DNA of 64,000 bases, from the NCBI GenBank assembly GCA_002311655.1, contig DBYZ01000003.1:59868-123867 (forward strand), read 5' to 3'. The translations under genes and the position numbers were made by a program. This stretch comes from Bacteroidales bacterium UBA1173 (GTDB lineage: Bacteria > Bacteroidota > Bacteroidia > Bacteroidales > F082). The notes beneath the pieces were generated by a model, which was not told where the DNA came from, searched no databases, and worked only from the letters and a program-made list of their open reading frames with translations. Positions 17,233 to 27,122 of this stretch are shown here, in pieces (position 1 is the first letter of the stretch; each line of letters opens with the position of its first letter).

Positions 17233-18858
17233 TTATCTCTTAACAAATTTCACGACAGCGACGTTCATTCTCACGAAATAAATGCCGGCGTTGAGGTCTG
17301 CCACGTTGATAGCATTCTCGCCTTCAACAACATTAACAGCCATCACCATGCGGCCTGTCATGTCGATAATCTGAACCTGAGCATCTTTTTCTGCAACGAT
17401 GTTGATGTTGTCGTTTGCCGGGTTAGGATAGAGGTCAAATTTCACAGCCTCGTTCTCTTCCACATCCAACATAACACTTGCGATTCTCACATAGTCAATC
17501 TCCCATGAAGATGCATTCTCGTCGGTGCTTGTGTAGACAAATGCCACACAGAATGAATCGGCTCCACCTAAACTGAGAATGTTTTCTGTAATGTCAACCA
17601 ATCCTGATTCAACCCATTCGTAGTTGCCTGTTGAGTATGCGAAAAGACCTGTGATATCTGCCCATGCAGCCTCTTCAGGAGCCATTCCAATTTCATAATT
17701 GACAGAAACCATAACTCTAAGTGGGTTGCCGTTGAATTTCATTGCTGTGCTGAACTCAAGATTGATGTTTTCAGCCATTTCGATATTCGGGCTGATAAGC
17801 CAGTCTTCGTTAGCATGTGCTGAACCATCGGCATAACCGTTCATGTAAGCGTAGGTGTTGTCGTTATGTGTAGCCCAGACCCACTCTTGCTCGCCTTCGA
17901 CATTGTATGTTGTGAATGCGCCGAGATCTTCATTAAATCCTTCGAAGAACAAGTCATAAGTCATTGGCATTGTCGCACCACAAACAGGATATGTGCCGTC
18001 GGTCTTGTAGTCGATGTTAGCACCGCTGTTGGTGTATGGGAAAATAGCGAAATGATATGCCTCGCCGCCTGCCAGATAAACAAATGTCACGTGCTGGACA
18101 CCGTAATTCACGTTATAAGCCAAATCATTGTTCGGCACAGGCTCGCCGTCAACTGGAACCTCAATCGCGCCAGGAGAAGCCACGACAAGGTATTTCTGAG
18201 GAAGCTGCTCACCTGTTGCATCTGTCCAATGGAGAGTGATACCATCACCATTTACCGTAGCGTAGAATATTTCAGGATAGTTGCTTGGCTCAGGATAAAT
18301 GATTGAACCGCCGCCTGCCTTGAAGATGTAAACCAAACCATTGACGTTTGATGACTCTTTGTAGCATCCGAACAATGTGCTTGTCACGTTGTAGCGCATA
18401 ATATTCTGCTCCACACCGCCAATTGATGTAGGGACAAAACCAATGCCATCTTCGCCAACTGCCATGTTCCACTTTCCTTTCTCATCGAGAGCTGACTGTG
18501 TCTTGAGGTAGTTGCCGCCGCCTGCTGCATACAGATAGCCACCTTTCACCTCGTCGAAGAATGTCCAGTTGCCGCCATCCTGACCTAAAGTGATCTCATA
18601 AGGATCTGTCTGGTTGTTCGGATCTGTAGCGACATCTGTCACAATGGCGTCGTCGTTGACTGCAATCTCAACAGCATGACGGTTGTTTGATTTCTGATAT
18701 GACATCACAAAAGCCTGTCCGTCATTATCATAACCGACGAGAAGCACCTTGTCACCGGCGTTCAACTCCGACAACGATGTCACTTTTGTGTATGTGGTCT
18801 GAGCCATCATGCTCAATCCCATCAACACTAATGCAAAGAATAGTAAAGTTTTTTTCAT
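17233..18858 (-). CDS. T9SS cargo protein of unknown function
   Basis: It has a signal peptide 'MKKTLLFFALVLMGLSMMAQ'. The CTD is 'LYPNPANDNINI...GIYFVRM'. The N-terminal module resembles an internal module of the 1554-aa protein. Confidence 0.75.
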   Translation of the reverse strand: MKKTLLFFALVLMGLSMMAQTTYTKVTSLSELNAGDKVLLVGYDNDGQAFVMSYQKSNNRHAVEIAVNDDAIVTDVATDPNNQTDPYEITLGQDGGNWTFFDEVKGGYLYAAGGGNYLKTQSALDEKGKWNMAVGEDGIGFVPTSIGGVEQNIMRYNVTSTLFGCYKESSNVNGLVYIFKAGGGSIIYPEPSNYPEIFYATVNGDGITLHWTDATGEQLPQKYLVVASPGAIEVPVDGEPVPNNDLAYNVNYGVQHVTFVYLAGGEAYHFAIFPYTNSGANIDYKTDGTYPVCGATMPMTYDLFFEGFNEDLGAFTTYNVEGEQEWVWATHNDNTYAYMNGYADGSAHANEDWLISPNIEMAENINLEFSTAMKFNGNPLRVMVSVNYEIGMAPEEAAWADITGLFAYSTGNYEWVESGLVDITENILSLGGADSFCVAFVYTSTDENASSWEIDYVRIASVMLDVEENEAVKFDLYPNPANDNINIVAEKDAQVQIIDMTGRMVMAVNVVEGENAINVADLNAGIYFVRMNVAVVKFVKR

Positions 18859-18882
18859 GTTTTTGTTAATTTTAATTTGACA

Positions 18883-19119
18883 TTATATTTTTTCCACTGA
18901 TTTTACTTCAGGAATCACGCTCTTCATCGTCTTCTCGATTCCGTTTTTCAGCGTCTGCGAGCTGTGTGGGCAGTTGGCGCAATGTCCGGTGAGCTTCACC
19001 CAGACCGTCATGTCGTCGTCCAAACGGATAAACTCCACGCCGCCGCCGTCAGCCTTCAGATAAGGCTCTATCTGCGTCAAAATATTCTTGACTTTTCTTT
19101 CAATTACTTCTTTTTCCAT
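18883..19119 (-). CDS. NifU-like Fe-S cluster assembly domain protein
   Basis: It contains 'DGGGVEFIRLDDDMTVWVKLTGHCANCPHS'. The start was set to the second Met (19119), 1 nt after the Mrp stop, but the longer form to 19134 is possible. Confidence 0.8.
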   Translation of the reverse strand: MEKEVIERKVKNILTQIEPYLKADGGGVEFIRLDDDMTVWVKLTGHCANCPHSSQTLKNGIEKTMKSVIPEVKSVEKI

Positions 19120-19120
19120 C

Positions 19121-20143
19121 TTAAACCAATTCAATAACTTTACGTGCCACTTTCTCGAATGCCGCCGTCACCGGACCGAAGTTGCCGAAGGTGTATGGCG
19201 TGCCCTTGTCGCCTGCGCTTGCGATGTTCTCATCCATCGGGATAGCGCCGAGGAACGGGATTCCGAGCTCTTCAGCGAATTCCTTGCCGTGACCCTGACC
19301 GAAGATGTAATATTTTTTGTCAGGCATATCCGTAGGCGTGAAATATGCCATATTCTCAACCAATCCGAGAATCGGGATGCTGACGCCTTTGTGTTTGAAC
19401 ATGTTAGCGGCACGACGTACATCGGCGAAAGCCACCTTCTGAGGTGTCGTCACGATGACAGAGCCCGAAACTTTGAAGTTCTGAGCCAGACAGAGCTGGA
19501 TGTCACCTGTTCCCGGAGGCATGTCGACGACCAGAAAGTCGATCTCACCCCAGTCGGTCTCGGTCATGAGCTGAGTGAGGGCACTCGTCGCCATAGGTCC
19601 ACGCCAGATGAGCGGAGTCTCAGGATTCACCATCATGCCGATACTCATGAGCTTGATGCCGTATTTCTGCAGCGGCACCATATATGTCTTGCCGTCTTTG
19701 TCGTAACACTGCGGCTGCTCGCCTTCCGTTCCGAACATTATCGGCACCGAAGGACCGTAGATATCAGCGTCGAGAATACCTACCTTGAAGCCCTGAACCG
19801 CCAATGCCACCGCAAGATTCACGGCGACCGTCGACTTACCGACGCCACCTTTTCCGGAAGCCACAGCGATGATGTGCTTCACCTTCGAAAGCATAGTCAC
19901 TGGCGCCGTCGGAATGATGTCAACGTCAATATCTCCAAAATTATCGTTCAAAATTTTCTTCGCATTCTCGATAACGAACTTGTTTTTTTCGTCATCAACA
20001 TCGTCAAGAACGAGTTTGAAACGAACTAAATTCTCTCCAACCTCAACGTCCTTAACCATCTCAGCATCAACGATGTTACTTCCTTTCGGGAAATAAACAA
20101 CGTCTTTCAAAATCTCCAAAACCTTCTGTTTTGCTGGTATCAT
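19121..20143 (-). CDS. apbC: Mrp/NBP35-family iron-sulfur cluster carrier ATPase
   Basis: It has the deviant Walker A 'ASGKGGVGKSTVAVNLA' and 'VVDMPPGTGD'. Confidence 0.9.
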   Translation of the reverse strand: MIPAKQKVLEILKDVVYFPKGSNIVDAEMVKDVEVGENLVRFKLVLDDVDDEKNKFVIENAKKILNDNFGDIDVDIIPTAPVTMLSKVKHIIAVASGKGGVGKSTVAVNLAVALAVQGFKVGILDADIYGPSVPIMFGTEGEQPQCYDKDGKTYMVPLQKYGIKLMSIGMMVNPETPLIWRGPMATSALTQLMTETDWGEIDFLVVDMPPGTGDIQLCLAQNFKVSGSVIVTTPQKVAFADVRRAANMFKHKGVSIPILGLVENMAYFTPTDMPDKKYYIFGQGHGKEFAEELGIPFLGAIPMDENIASAGDKGTPYTFGNFGPVTAAFEKVARKVIELV

Positions 20144-20189
20144 CTCTTAAAATTTTTAAATTGAATAAGTCTACAAAGATACAACTTTT

Positions 20190-20972
20190 TTAATTACCAA
20201 GTAAAAACTTTTCTGTTTCTCGCATAAAGCCAACCGGGTCGTCAACATGAATCCAATGCCCTGATTCCGGCAATGTAACAAGCTGATAATCACTGAATTG
20301 CAACTTTATTTGTTCAACATCTTTCTCCAAGATATAATCCGACTGGCCGCCTCTGATGAACAATGTTGGACCATTGTAAACACCTTGATTTTCAAGTCCT
20401 TTGCCAATCTCAGTGATGTTGTTGTAAATCGCTTTGAGATATGGCTTCCACCTGAAACCGTGCTCATGGCTGTACGAAAGGTTCTTCATCAGGAAGAGCA
20501 GCACACGTTTCTCGAAGTTGTATTTCGCCAGCTGTTCCTCAACGTCGCTGCGACGTTTCACAGGCTTCAAATCGACGTTGCCCATCGCTTCGAGAAATGC
20601 CAGATGCTGTAGCGGATGGTCGAATTTCCGTGGACTGATGTCCAAAACCTCCAGACGCTCAACGAGTTGCGGATTCTCAAAGGCGAGCATCATTGCAATC
20701 TTGCCGCCCATGCTGTGCCCGATGACGTAACATTTCTTAATATGTTCATATTCAAGCACTTTCTTCACGTCACGAGCCATCACCTTGTAGTTAAACGTCT
20801 CATAATGTGGCGACTGCCCATGGTTGCGCATGTCAGGAATGATGACGTAAAAACCCAGTTCGGCAAAACGTTTGCCGAAATAGTCCCAGTTGTCGGAAAG
20901 CCCAAGCACGCCGTGCAAAACCACTATCGGCTTGTTCTTCGGGTCACCGTATTTTCTATAAAAAAGCAGCAT
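20190..20972 (-). CDS. alpha/beta hydrolase
   Basis: It has the nucleophile elbow 'GHSMGG', an 'HG' oxyanion region 'VVLHGVLG' and C-terminal 'GHWIHVD'. Confidence 0.8.
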   Translation of the reverse strand: MLLFYRKYGDPKNKPIVVLHGVLGLSDNWDYFGKRFAELGFYVIIPDMRNHGQSPHYETFNYKVMARDVKKVLEYEHIKKCYVIGHSMGGKIAMMLAFENPQLVERLEVLDISPRKFDHPLQHLAFLEAMGNVDLKPVKRRSDVEEQLAKYNFEKRVLLFLMKNLSYSHEHGFRWKPYLKAIYNNITEIGKGLENQGVYNGPTLFIRGGQSDYILEKDVEQIKLQFSDYQLVTLPESGHWIHVDDPVGFMRETEKFLLGN

Positions 20973-21670
20973 CAGTCTTCAAGGAAATATGTCACGTTGG
21001 TAACCACTCTCACATGTTTGATAAATGGAGTGTTTTCGTCGATATTTTCAATCGAGAACTGGCCTTGTGTGGCTGTTTTTATCTTTCCGAGCTTGCTGTT
21101 CGAGTCGTTGGCAAACTTCTCAGCCGCCGCTCTTGCGTTGCGTGTCGCCTCTTCAATCATCTGTGGCTTAATGCTGTTCAGCTCGGTGTATTCGTATACG
21201 ATGCTGGTGCCGTATTCCTGGTCGGTGACGGCCACGCCTTGTTTCATCAGCTCGCCCTGACGGCTCATCAGGCTTCTCACGAGAGCCACTTTCTTTGATG
21301 TCACAACGATTTTTGCAATCGCATTGTAACGCTGTTTCCAGTCGTTGTCGTACATGTTTGCTGCGCGGTCGACAACCAACGGGGCGTTGACACTGATTTC
21401 TTCGTCAGTTAAACCATTGTCTTTCAAAAACTTGACAACAGCTTCATTGCTTTCGTTGATTTTTGAGTAAATGGTGTTCATGTCGTTGCTGACAAGTTTC
21501 ACCTGGATAGGCCAGATCACCTTTGTGGCGTCGACATTCATCTCGGCGAGGCCTTTCACATTAACTGTCCTCGGGCTCTGGTTCACTCTGCCAAGACCAA
21601 GCATCACAAAAAATCCCATGACAATCAATCCGATCATCAAAAGGAAAGCTTCAAATTTGTAGTTTTTCAT
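20972..21670 (-). CDS. SIMPL (DUF541) domain protein
   Basis: It has a TM/signal 'MKNYKFEAFLLMIGLIVMGFFVMLGL' and SIMPL-like 'VVTSKKV...QGQFSIEN' features. The upstream 22 codons of the ORF track translate a repeat element and were trimmed. Confidence 0.65.
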   Translation of the reverse strand: MKNYKFEAFLLMIGLIVMGFFVMLGLGRVNQSPRTVNVKGLAEMNVDATKVIWPIQVKLVSNDMNTIYSKINESNEAVVKFLKDNGLTDEEISVNAPLVVDRAANMYDNDWKQRYNAIAKIVVTSKKVALVRSLMSRQGELMKQGVAVTDQEYGTSIVYEYTELNSIKPQMIEEATRNARAAAEKFANDSNSKLGKIKTATQGQFSIENIDENTPFIKHVRVVTNVTYFLED

Positions 21671-21698
21671 ATTTCCAAAAATTAATTTTTTCTTTATA

Positions 21699-21830
21699 CT
21701 CTCGCTGATTTCGCAGATCTCACAGATTTTTTCCATTCTTTCTCTGCGGGATTGCTCGCGTCGCGAGCTGCAGATTATCGCAGATCGGACTGTGATAGTA
21801 TTTCTGCGGTATCTGCGGTATCTGCGAGAG
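21699..21830. repeat. long imperfect palindrome made of CGCAGAT / ATCTGCG units
   Basis: ctctcgctgatttcgcagat (left) corresponds to atctgcggtatctgcgagag (right). Extra gcagat copies sit at about 21769 and 21780. The element lies in the dtd - SIMPL intergenic region. Confidence 0.7.
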
Positions 21831-21831
21831 A

Positions 21832-22281
21832 CTATTTTTCTTTGGTGTCAATTATTATTGTCACCGGACCATCGTTGATGAGTTCGACTTGCATGTCGGC
21901 ACCGAACTCACCGCATTCCACCTTTCGTCCCGACACTTCCGCCAACCTCTTGAGAAACAGCTCATAAAGCGGTATCGCATGCTCAGGTCGCGCTGCCCGG
22001 ATGAAACTCGGACGATTGCCTTTCTTCGTCATCGCATGAAGCGTAAACTGGCTCACGACAAGGAAATCGCCCTCAATTTGGTTAACGTCGAGATTCATAG
22101 CGTTATTGTCATCGGCGAAAATTCTCAACTTCGTCAGCTTCTGGCAAAGATATTCCACATCTTCCTGATTATCAGCGTCTTCGATACCAAGAAGCACCAT
22201 CATCCCCTTCCCTATCTGCGATTTCAAAACGCCATCGATGGTGACGGAAGCGCGACTGACTCTTTGTGCAACTATTCTCAT
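21832..22281 (-). CDS. dtd: D-aminoacyl-tRNA deacylase
   Basis: It has 'MRIVAQRVSRASV...', 'SQFTLHA' and a C-terminal 'NDGPVTIIID'. Confidence 0.9.
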   Translation of the reverse strand: MRIVAQRVSRASVTIDGVLKSQIGKGMMVLLGIEDADNQEDVEYLCQKLTKLRIFADDNNAMNLDVNQIEGDFLVVSQFTLHAMTKKGNRPSFIRAARPEHAIPLYELFLKRLAEVSGRKVECGEFGADMQVELINDGPVTIIIDTKEK

Positions 22282-22478
22282 ATTTTTCTTCTTTTAACAC
22301 TAATTATCACAAATTAACCATAAATCCTCATTAATATTTGATAATTCGTGGTTAATTGATGTTAATTCATGTTATAATTGTCGTTGTCCTTTTTCCAGAT
22401 TTTTATTTGCAAAATTATGAAAATAATATCAATAAATGGCAGTCCCGAATTAAAAATTTATGTAATTTTGCAATCACT

Positions 22479-22820
22479 ATGGAAACAAAAAGACAACAGA
22501 AAATCTCTAAGCTGATTCAGAAGGAACTCAGCGAAATATTCCAGCGGGAGATCAAGACCCAAGGAAACATCATGATTACTGTGACGAAGGTAAACGTGAC
22601 CAGCGACATGTCATACGCCCGCGTCTACCTCAGCGTGTTCGGTCCCGACAAAGAGGCGAAATCGGCCGTGGTGAAGGAAGTCAACAGCATGACGAAAAAC
22701 ATCCGGTTCATGCTCGGCGAACGCATCCGTCTGCAAATCCGAGTCATCCCTGAGCTTCAGTTCTTCGAGGACGACTCGTTGGATTATATCGAAAACATTG
22801 ACAATCTGCTCAAATCTTGA
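22479..22820 (+). CDS. rbfA: ribosome-binding factor A
   Basis: It has 'RQQKISKLIQKELSEIF' and 'VTKVNVTSDMSYARVYLSV'. A TAATTTTG box lies just upstream, so the longer ORF-track start was rejected. Confidence 0.88.
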   Translation: METKRQQKISKLIQKELSEIFQREIKTQGNIMITVTKVNVTSDMSYARVYLSVFGPDKEAKSAVVKEVNSMTKNIRFMLGERIRLQIRVIPELQFFEDDSLDYIENIDNLLKS

Positions 22821-24034
22821 AGCTGCCGTTATTCATAGCGCAACGTTATCTTCTCGCCAAGAAGAGCCACAACCTCATCAACATCGTGACATGGATTTCG
22901 ATTGTGAGCGTGGGTGTAGCCGCCTTCGCCATGATTTTCGTGCTGTCGGTGTTCAATGGCTTCAACGTGGTTATCAGCGACTCAATCCATAAGTTATCTG
23001 CCGATTTACAGATCACTTCAGTCAATGGTAAAACATTGAATATCAACAATTTTCCTTTTGAAGAAATCAAAAAGATAAAGAACGTGGAGCTGGTTTTGCC
23101 CACGATAACCGAGGATGCGCTTTTCAGAAACGGCGACAAGCAGCAGATCGGGCAGATCAAAGGAGTTCCGGAGGAGTTCTATACAGTGGAGCGAATCGAC
23201 AAATCCATAATAAAATCTGGGCGTTTCAATAATAATCCAGAAGTCGGTTATGCGATTCCAGGCATAGGCATGGCATATTTTTTAGGCATCAACTCGAACA
23301 GTCCCTTCTCGATGATTCAGGTTTATGTCCCACGCCGCGGAAACGCCTCGTCTTTTAATCTAGAAAACAGTTTCAACACCGGACAACTCGCTGTGAATCA
23401 GACATTTGAAACCAATCAGGAAATTGATGAGACAACGATTCTCGCTCCATACGAATGGTTATCGGAACTTGTTGGTTATCAGGGACTTGCCTCTGATGTG
23501 GAGATTTTTGTAAATCAGTCATCCAACCTCAATAAGATAAAAAAGGAAATCAAAAAAATCGTGGGCGATGACTACCACGTTTACGACCAATACGAGCAGC
23601 AGTCGACGCTTTACAAGATGATGAAATCAGAGAAACTCGCTGTGTATCTGATACTTGTGTTCATTTTGGTGATGGCGACGTTCAACGTCATCGGATCGCT
23701 CAGCATGCTCATCATAGAGAAGAAGAAAGACACATCCACCTTGCGCTCGATGGGAGCCGACAACTCCTTGATTCGCAGCATCTTCACCAACGAAGGGATG
23801 ATTATTTCTGTTGTCGGCGGCATCATCGGCTTGATTTTGGGCATCATCGCGGTGCTATTACAGCAATATGTCGGAATCATCCGCCTCGGCGACGGCACCG
23901 GCAGCTATATCGTTGAGTATTATCCCGTTGCGCTGCAATTAAAAGATGTCTTGATTGTCCTTGCCACCATCACGATAATCGGTGGTATTGCCGCATTTAG
24001 CACAGTGAAGGTGTCAATGAGGAAGCAATTCTAA
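22817..24034 (+). CDS. FtsX-like ABC transporter permease (LolE-like)
   Basis: The N-terminus is 'FIAQRYLLAKKSHNLINIVTWISIVSV'. It has a C-terminal FtsX 4-TM domain and the conserved rbfA-adjacent synteny. Confidence 0.85.
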   Translation: MKLPLFIAQRYLLAKKSHNLINIVTWISIVSVGVAAFAMIFVLSVFNGFNVVISDSIHKLSADLQITSVNGKTLNINNFPFEEIKKIKNVELVLPTITEDALFRNGDKQQIGQIKGVPEEFYTVERIDKSIIKSGRFNNNPEVGYAIPGIGMAYFLGINSNSPFSMIQVYVPRRGNASSFNLENSFNTGQLAVNQTFETNQEIDETTILAPYEWLSELVGYQGLASDVEIFVNQSSNLNKIKKEIKKIVGDDYHVYDQYEQQSTLYKMMKSEKLAVYLILVFILVMATFNVIGSLSMLIIEKKKDTSTLRSMGADNSLIRSIFTNEGMIISVVGGIIGLILGIIAVLLQQYVGIIRLGDGTGSYIVEYYPVALQLKDVLIVLATITIIGGIAAFSTVKVSMRKQF

Positions 24035-24802
24035 TTGCTTGACTAGATCCACAAATTCCGCTACCGACAGCTGTTCCGGCCTTTTATTAAATATCTCGTT
24101 ATCAATAATTTCCGCTGGTATCATCGAGCGCAAGGAGTTGCGTAAGGTCTTGCGGCGCTGGTTGAAGGCTTGTTTCACAACCGTCACGAACATCTTCTCA
24201 TCGCATCCTAACTCCTTGACATTGTTACGTTTAAGACGTATAACGGCAGATTTCACCTTTGGTGGCGGGTTGAAAACGTTCTCATGCACCGTGAAAAGGT
24301 ATTCGATATCGTACCACGCCTGCAGAAGCACGCTCAAGATGCCGTAGGTCTTGCTTCCCGGACCAGCCGCGATGCGCTCCGCCACCTCCTTCTGAATCAT
24401 GCCGACGCACTCCGAGACGTTGTTGCGGTATTTCAAAATCTGGAAAAAGATCTGAGAACTGATGTTGTATGGGAAGTTGCCAATGACGGCTGCGTTCTCG
24501 CCATTAATGTCATATTTCAAAAAGTCGCCGTGAATCAAGTGTCCTTCAAGCATCGGAAACTTGTTCTTCAGGAACTCCACCGACTCAGTGTCGATCTCCA
24601 CCACTTGCAACTTATCTAATTGGTCTTCAATAAGATACTGCGTCAAAACTCCCATTCCGGCGCCGACTTCAATTACCACGTCGTGGTCGCCCGACAAAGC
24701 ATTCACAATATTTCTTGCGATGTTCAAATCGACCAGGAAATGCTGTCCGAGAGCCTTCTTCGGCCTCACCAAACCGTTATTGTTATAGTCTTTCATAATC
24801 AT
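24014..24802 (-). CDS. rsmA: 16S rRNA (adenine1518/1519-N6)-dimethyltransferase
   Basis: It has 'PKKALGQHFL', 'VIEVGAGMGVLT' and 'VIGNFPYNISS'. Confidence 0.92.
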   Translation of the reverse strand: MIMKDYNNNGLVRPKKALGQHFLVDLNIARNIVNALSGDHDVVIEVGAGMGVLTQYLIEDQLDKLQVVEIDTESVEFLKNKFPMLEGHLIHGDFLKYDINGENAAVIGNFPYNISSQIFFQILKYRNNVSECVGMIQKEVAERIAAGPGSKTYGILSVLLQAWYDIEYLFTVHENVFNPPPKVKSAVIRLKRNNVKELGCDEKMFVTVVKQAFNQRRKTLRNSLRSMIPAEIIDNEIFNKRPEQLSVAEFVDLVKQLELLPH

Positions 24803-26652
24803 TTGTTTAATTCATCACGCAGTCGGCGGTAGCTCTTTCGGGCTTGCGCCACATAAACGCTAGCAGTATAATAATCGAAGAGCTTTGAATAACATTCCAT
24901 AGCATCTTCTTTTCTATTTAACTGATTTTCAAGCAGTAACGCATCTTCCACCAAAGCCTCGTCGGCGATATAGCTGTCGGCATAGCCTTCGTAAACGCGT
25001 TTGTAAAGACTGTCGGCAAGCTCGTAATTGCCTTCATTCATTGCGATTTTAGCCTTTCTGTAAAACGCATTCGGCAGACTCACCTCATTGGGATTATAAG
25101 CCACCACCGAGTCAAGTATTTGATTTGCAACGTAATAATTGCGTTTATAAATGTTATAATCAGCTTTTGCGAGGCGTTTCAAACCGATGGTGTCGTATTC
25201 CAAATTGTCGTTTATGGTCAGCGAGAGCGTCATAGCGTCGTTCGCCACCAGCTTCGACGTAGCAGCTGTCAACACCTTCAAAGCCGCCTGTGCCCACTCG
25301 AATTCGCCAATAAAATAACGCAGCTGCGCGTTTTTAAACCTCGCCTCGTGTGCTATCGGCTCGTTTTTCAATGCTTTCTCGATCTGCGAATAAAGCAGCG
25401 TCGCCTCCCAGACTTCATCTGTCAACAAATAAACATCGGCGAGTTTCATCTTCAAAACGGCCTTGTCTTTAGGTGAGAGATTCATCTCTAACGCATTGTT
25501 TAGCAATACCTTGGCATCATCATAACGCTTAAGTTCAAACGCGAAAATGTCAGCCTGCACTGAAGCCAGCGGCAAGGTCTCTTTCGAGTATCCAATTGTC
25601 TCAATAGCATCGTCGATTTTTTTCGACAGACTCTCGTAAAACTCCTTGTCGTGACTGCCTTCCGCCACTGCCTTTTTATACTCTGCCTGAATCAGTCCGA
25701 TGGTCGCGTCAACGTAAAAAACGCCTTCTCCCGACTTATTCAAAATGTAATTATAAGCCTCTATTGAAATATCGTATTGCCTGTTGTCATTGGCAATCTG
25801 GGCAACTGTGATGATATCGTTTTCATAGTCGCCCTTGCCTCGTTTGTCGAGTGCCTTAAGCTGCATCAGCGCCAACTCATAATCTTGCTGCTGCAGCGAA
25901 TACCACATCAGCAGCGATGCAAACTCTTCATTTTCAGGGTCTTCCTGCGTCTTGCGAAGCAGCGCCATTCGTATCACATCGTCAACATTTCCGTTCAAGT
26001 CGTACATCAGCATCACACGAAAACGGTTTTTCACCATGTCGTATTGCTCCGGATGTTCCTTCAAATACAGGAGATAGCACTCGGTGGCATTCTCAAAATC
26101 GAGCATGTTGTTATATGTGTATGCCTTCTCTAGATTAAAACTGTAGTTGATGTTCGGATTTTTCGCTCCTCTGTCGAACAATGCTATCGCCAAATCATTA
26201 AAGTTTCTGTTTCTCAATAAGTTAGCCACTTCATTTATCGCATTTCTCGTGTCAGGAACGTCTTTTAAAACTTTGTTGAGATACTTCAACGCCTTCGGGT
26301 TGTCGCCTTGCTGCTGATACACATACGCCAGGTCGACATGCGATTTCCAGTTTTTGGGATTTTGTTTCAGAAAAGATTTATATGCCTTCTCCGCCGTCTC
26401 ATAATCGCTCGTAAGTATCAGACAATCAGCGTATTGGGTAAAATAACCCACCTGATTGTAATTATCGTAAAGGTTTTTGTAGATGTCGCGCGCTTTCTCG
26501 TAGTCTTTTTTGTAATAAAACTCACGTGCCAGCCTCTCATCGATTTGTCGCTGATTACTAACATTCTGAGCGTCAATGCTTTGCAAAGCAACAACAAAGC
26601 AAATGAAAATCATTGCGAAAAACCTGAACCAGCGCGACGACCTCATCATCAC
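24799..26652 (-). CDS. tetratricopeptide-repeat protein, secreted
   Basis: It has a signal peptide and many A/Y/K-rich 34-aa TPR-like repeats. Confidence 0.7.
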   Translation of the reverse strand: MMMRSSRWFRFFAMIFICFVVALQSIDAQNVSNQRQIDERLAREFYYKKDYEKARDIYKNLYDNYNQVGYFTQYADCLILTSDYETAEKAYKSFLKQNPKNWKSHVDLAYVYQQQGDNPKALKYLNKVLKDVPDTRNAINEVANLLRNRNFNDLAIALFDRGAKNPNINYSFNLEKAYTYNNMLDFENATECYLLYLKEHPEQYDMVKNRFRVMLMYDLNGNVDDVIRMALLRKTQEDPENEEFASLLMWYSLQQQDYELALMQLKALDKRGKGDYENDIITVAQIANDNRQYDISIEAYNYILNKSGEGVFYVDATIGLIQAEYKKAVAEGSHDKEFYESLSKKIDDAIETIGYSKETLPLASVQADIFAFELKRYDDAKVLLNNALEMNLSPKDKAVLKMKLADVYLLTDEVWEATLLYSQIEKALKNEPIAHEARFKNAQLRYFIGEFEWAQAALKVLTAATSKLVANDAMTLSLTINDNLEYDTIGLKRLAKADYNIYKRNYYVANQILDSVVAYNPNEVSLPNAFYRKAKIAMNEGNYELADSLYKRVYEGYADSYIADEALVEDALLLENQLNRKEDAMECYSKLFDYYTASVYVAQARKSYRRLRDELNK

Positions 26653-27122
26653 TCCTTCCTCAGTTGTTTCACGACTTTTTTCTGTGCGTCAAACTTTTCC
26701 TGAAAATACTTGACTTGAGCCTCCATCATGCGGAGCTCGTTTTCTTCGTCTTGGATGTATTTCGACACCGTCTCGTCATCGTAGAGATTGTTTTCGATGT
26801 CGTCCTTCAAATCGGAGAGCTGTTTTCTTGATAACTCAACTCCATTTTTCATCACAACACTCTGATCTTCAAACTGTTGAAGATAAGCCTGAAGCAGTTC
26901 CATCTCCTTTCTGATGTCTTTGGTTCTTGCGATAGTGGTGTCGAGAGCCTTATATTCGCCAACAAGATCGTTAAAGTCTTGATTATAAAGCGTTTCCACG
27001 TTACGCTCCACCACATCCACGCGTTTCTGCATCGCGTTGATTGTTCCTGACGGTGACTTGGAAGTGCAAGCCACCATCAAGAATAATCCTATGATTGTCA
27101 ATATTTTACTTGATAATTTCAA
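26649..27122 (-). CDS. probable lipoprotein, coiled-coil
   Basis: The signal peptide ends 'FLMVAC'. The rest is rich in E/K/Q heptads. No family was recognised. Confidence 0.55.
   Translation of the reverse strand: MKLSSKILTIIGLFLMVACTSKSPSGTINAMQKRVDVVERNVETLYNQDFNDLVGEYKALDTTIARTKDIRKEMELLQAYLQQFEDQSVVMKNGVELSRKQLSDLKDDIENNLYDDETVSKYIQDEENELRMMEAQVKYFQEKFDAQKKVVKQLRKE

Noticed and set aside
19088-20029. A 313-aa plus-strand ORF antisense to the Mrp/ApbC gene. Similar long antisense ORFs occur at 20616-21260, 7641-8258, 31465-32049, 42309-42821 and 46513-46995.
   Set aside because: Each lies entirely antisense to a CDS with strong family motifs. Their sequences are low-complexity (R/H/V-rich) and lack recognisable domains, promoters or terminators.
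22390-22490. A small ORF (MKIISINGSPELKIYVILQSLWKQKDNRKSLS) upstream of and overlapping rbfA, preceded by a TTTATTTG-like sequence.
   Set aside because: The putative box does not fit TAnnTTTG. The ORF overlaps the rbfA start out of frame and runs through the real rbfA promoter box. It has no terminator.
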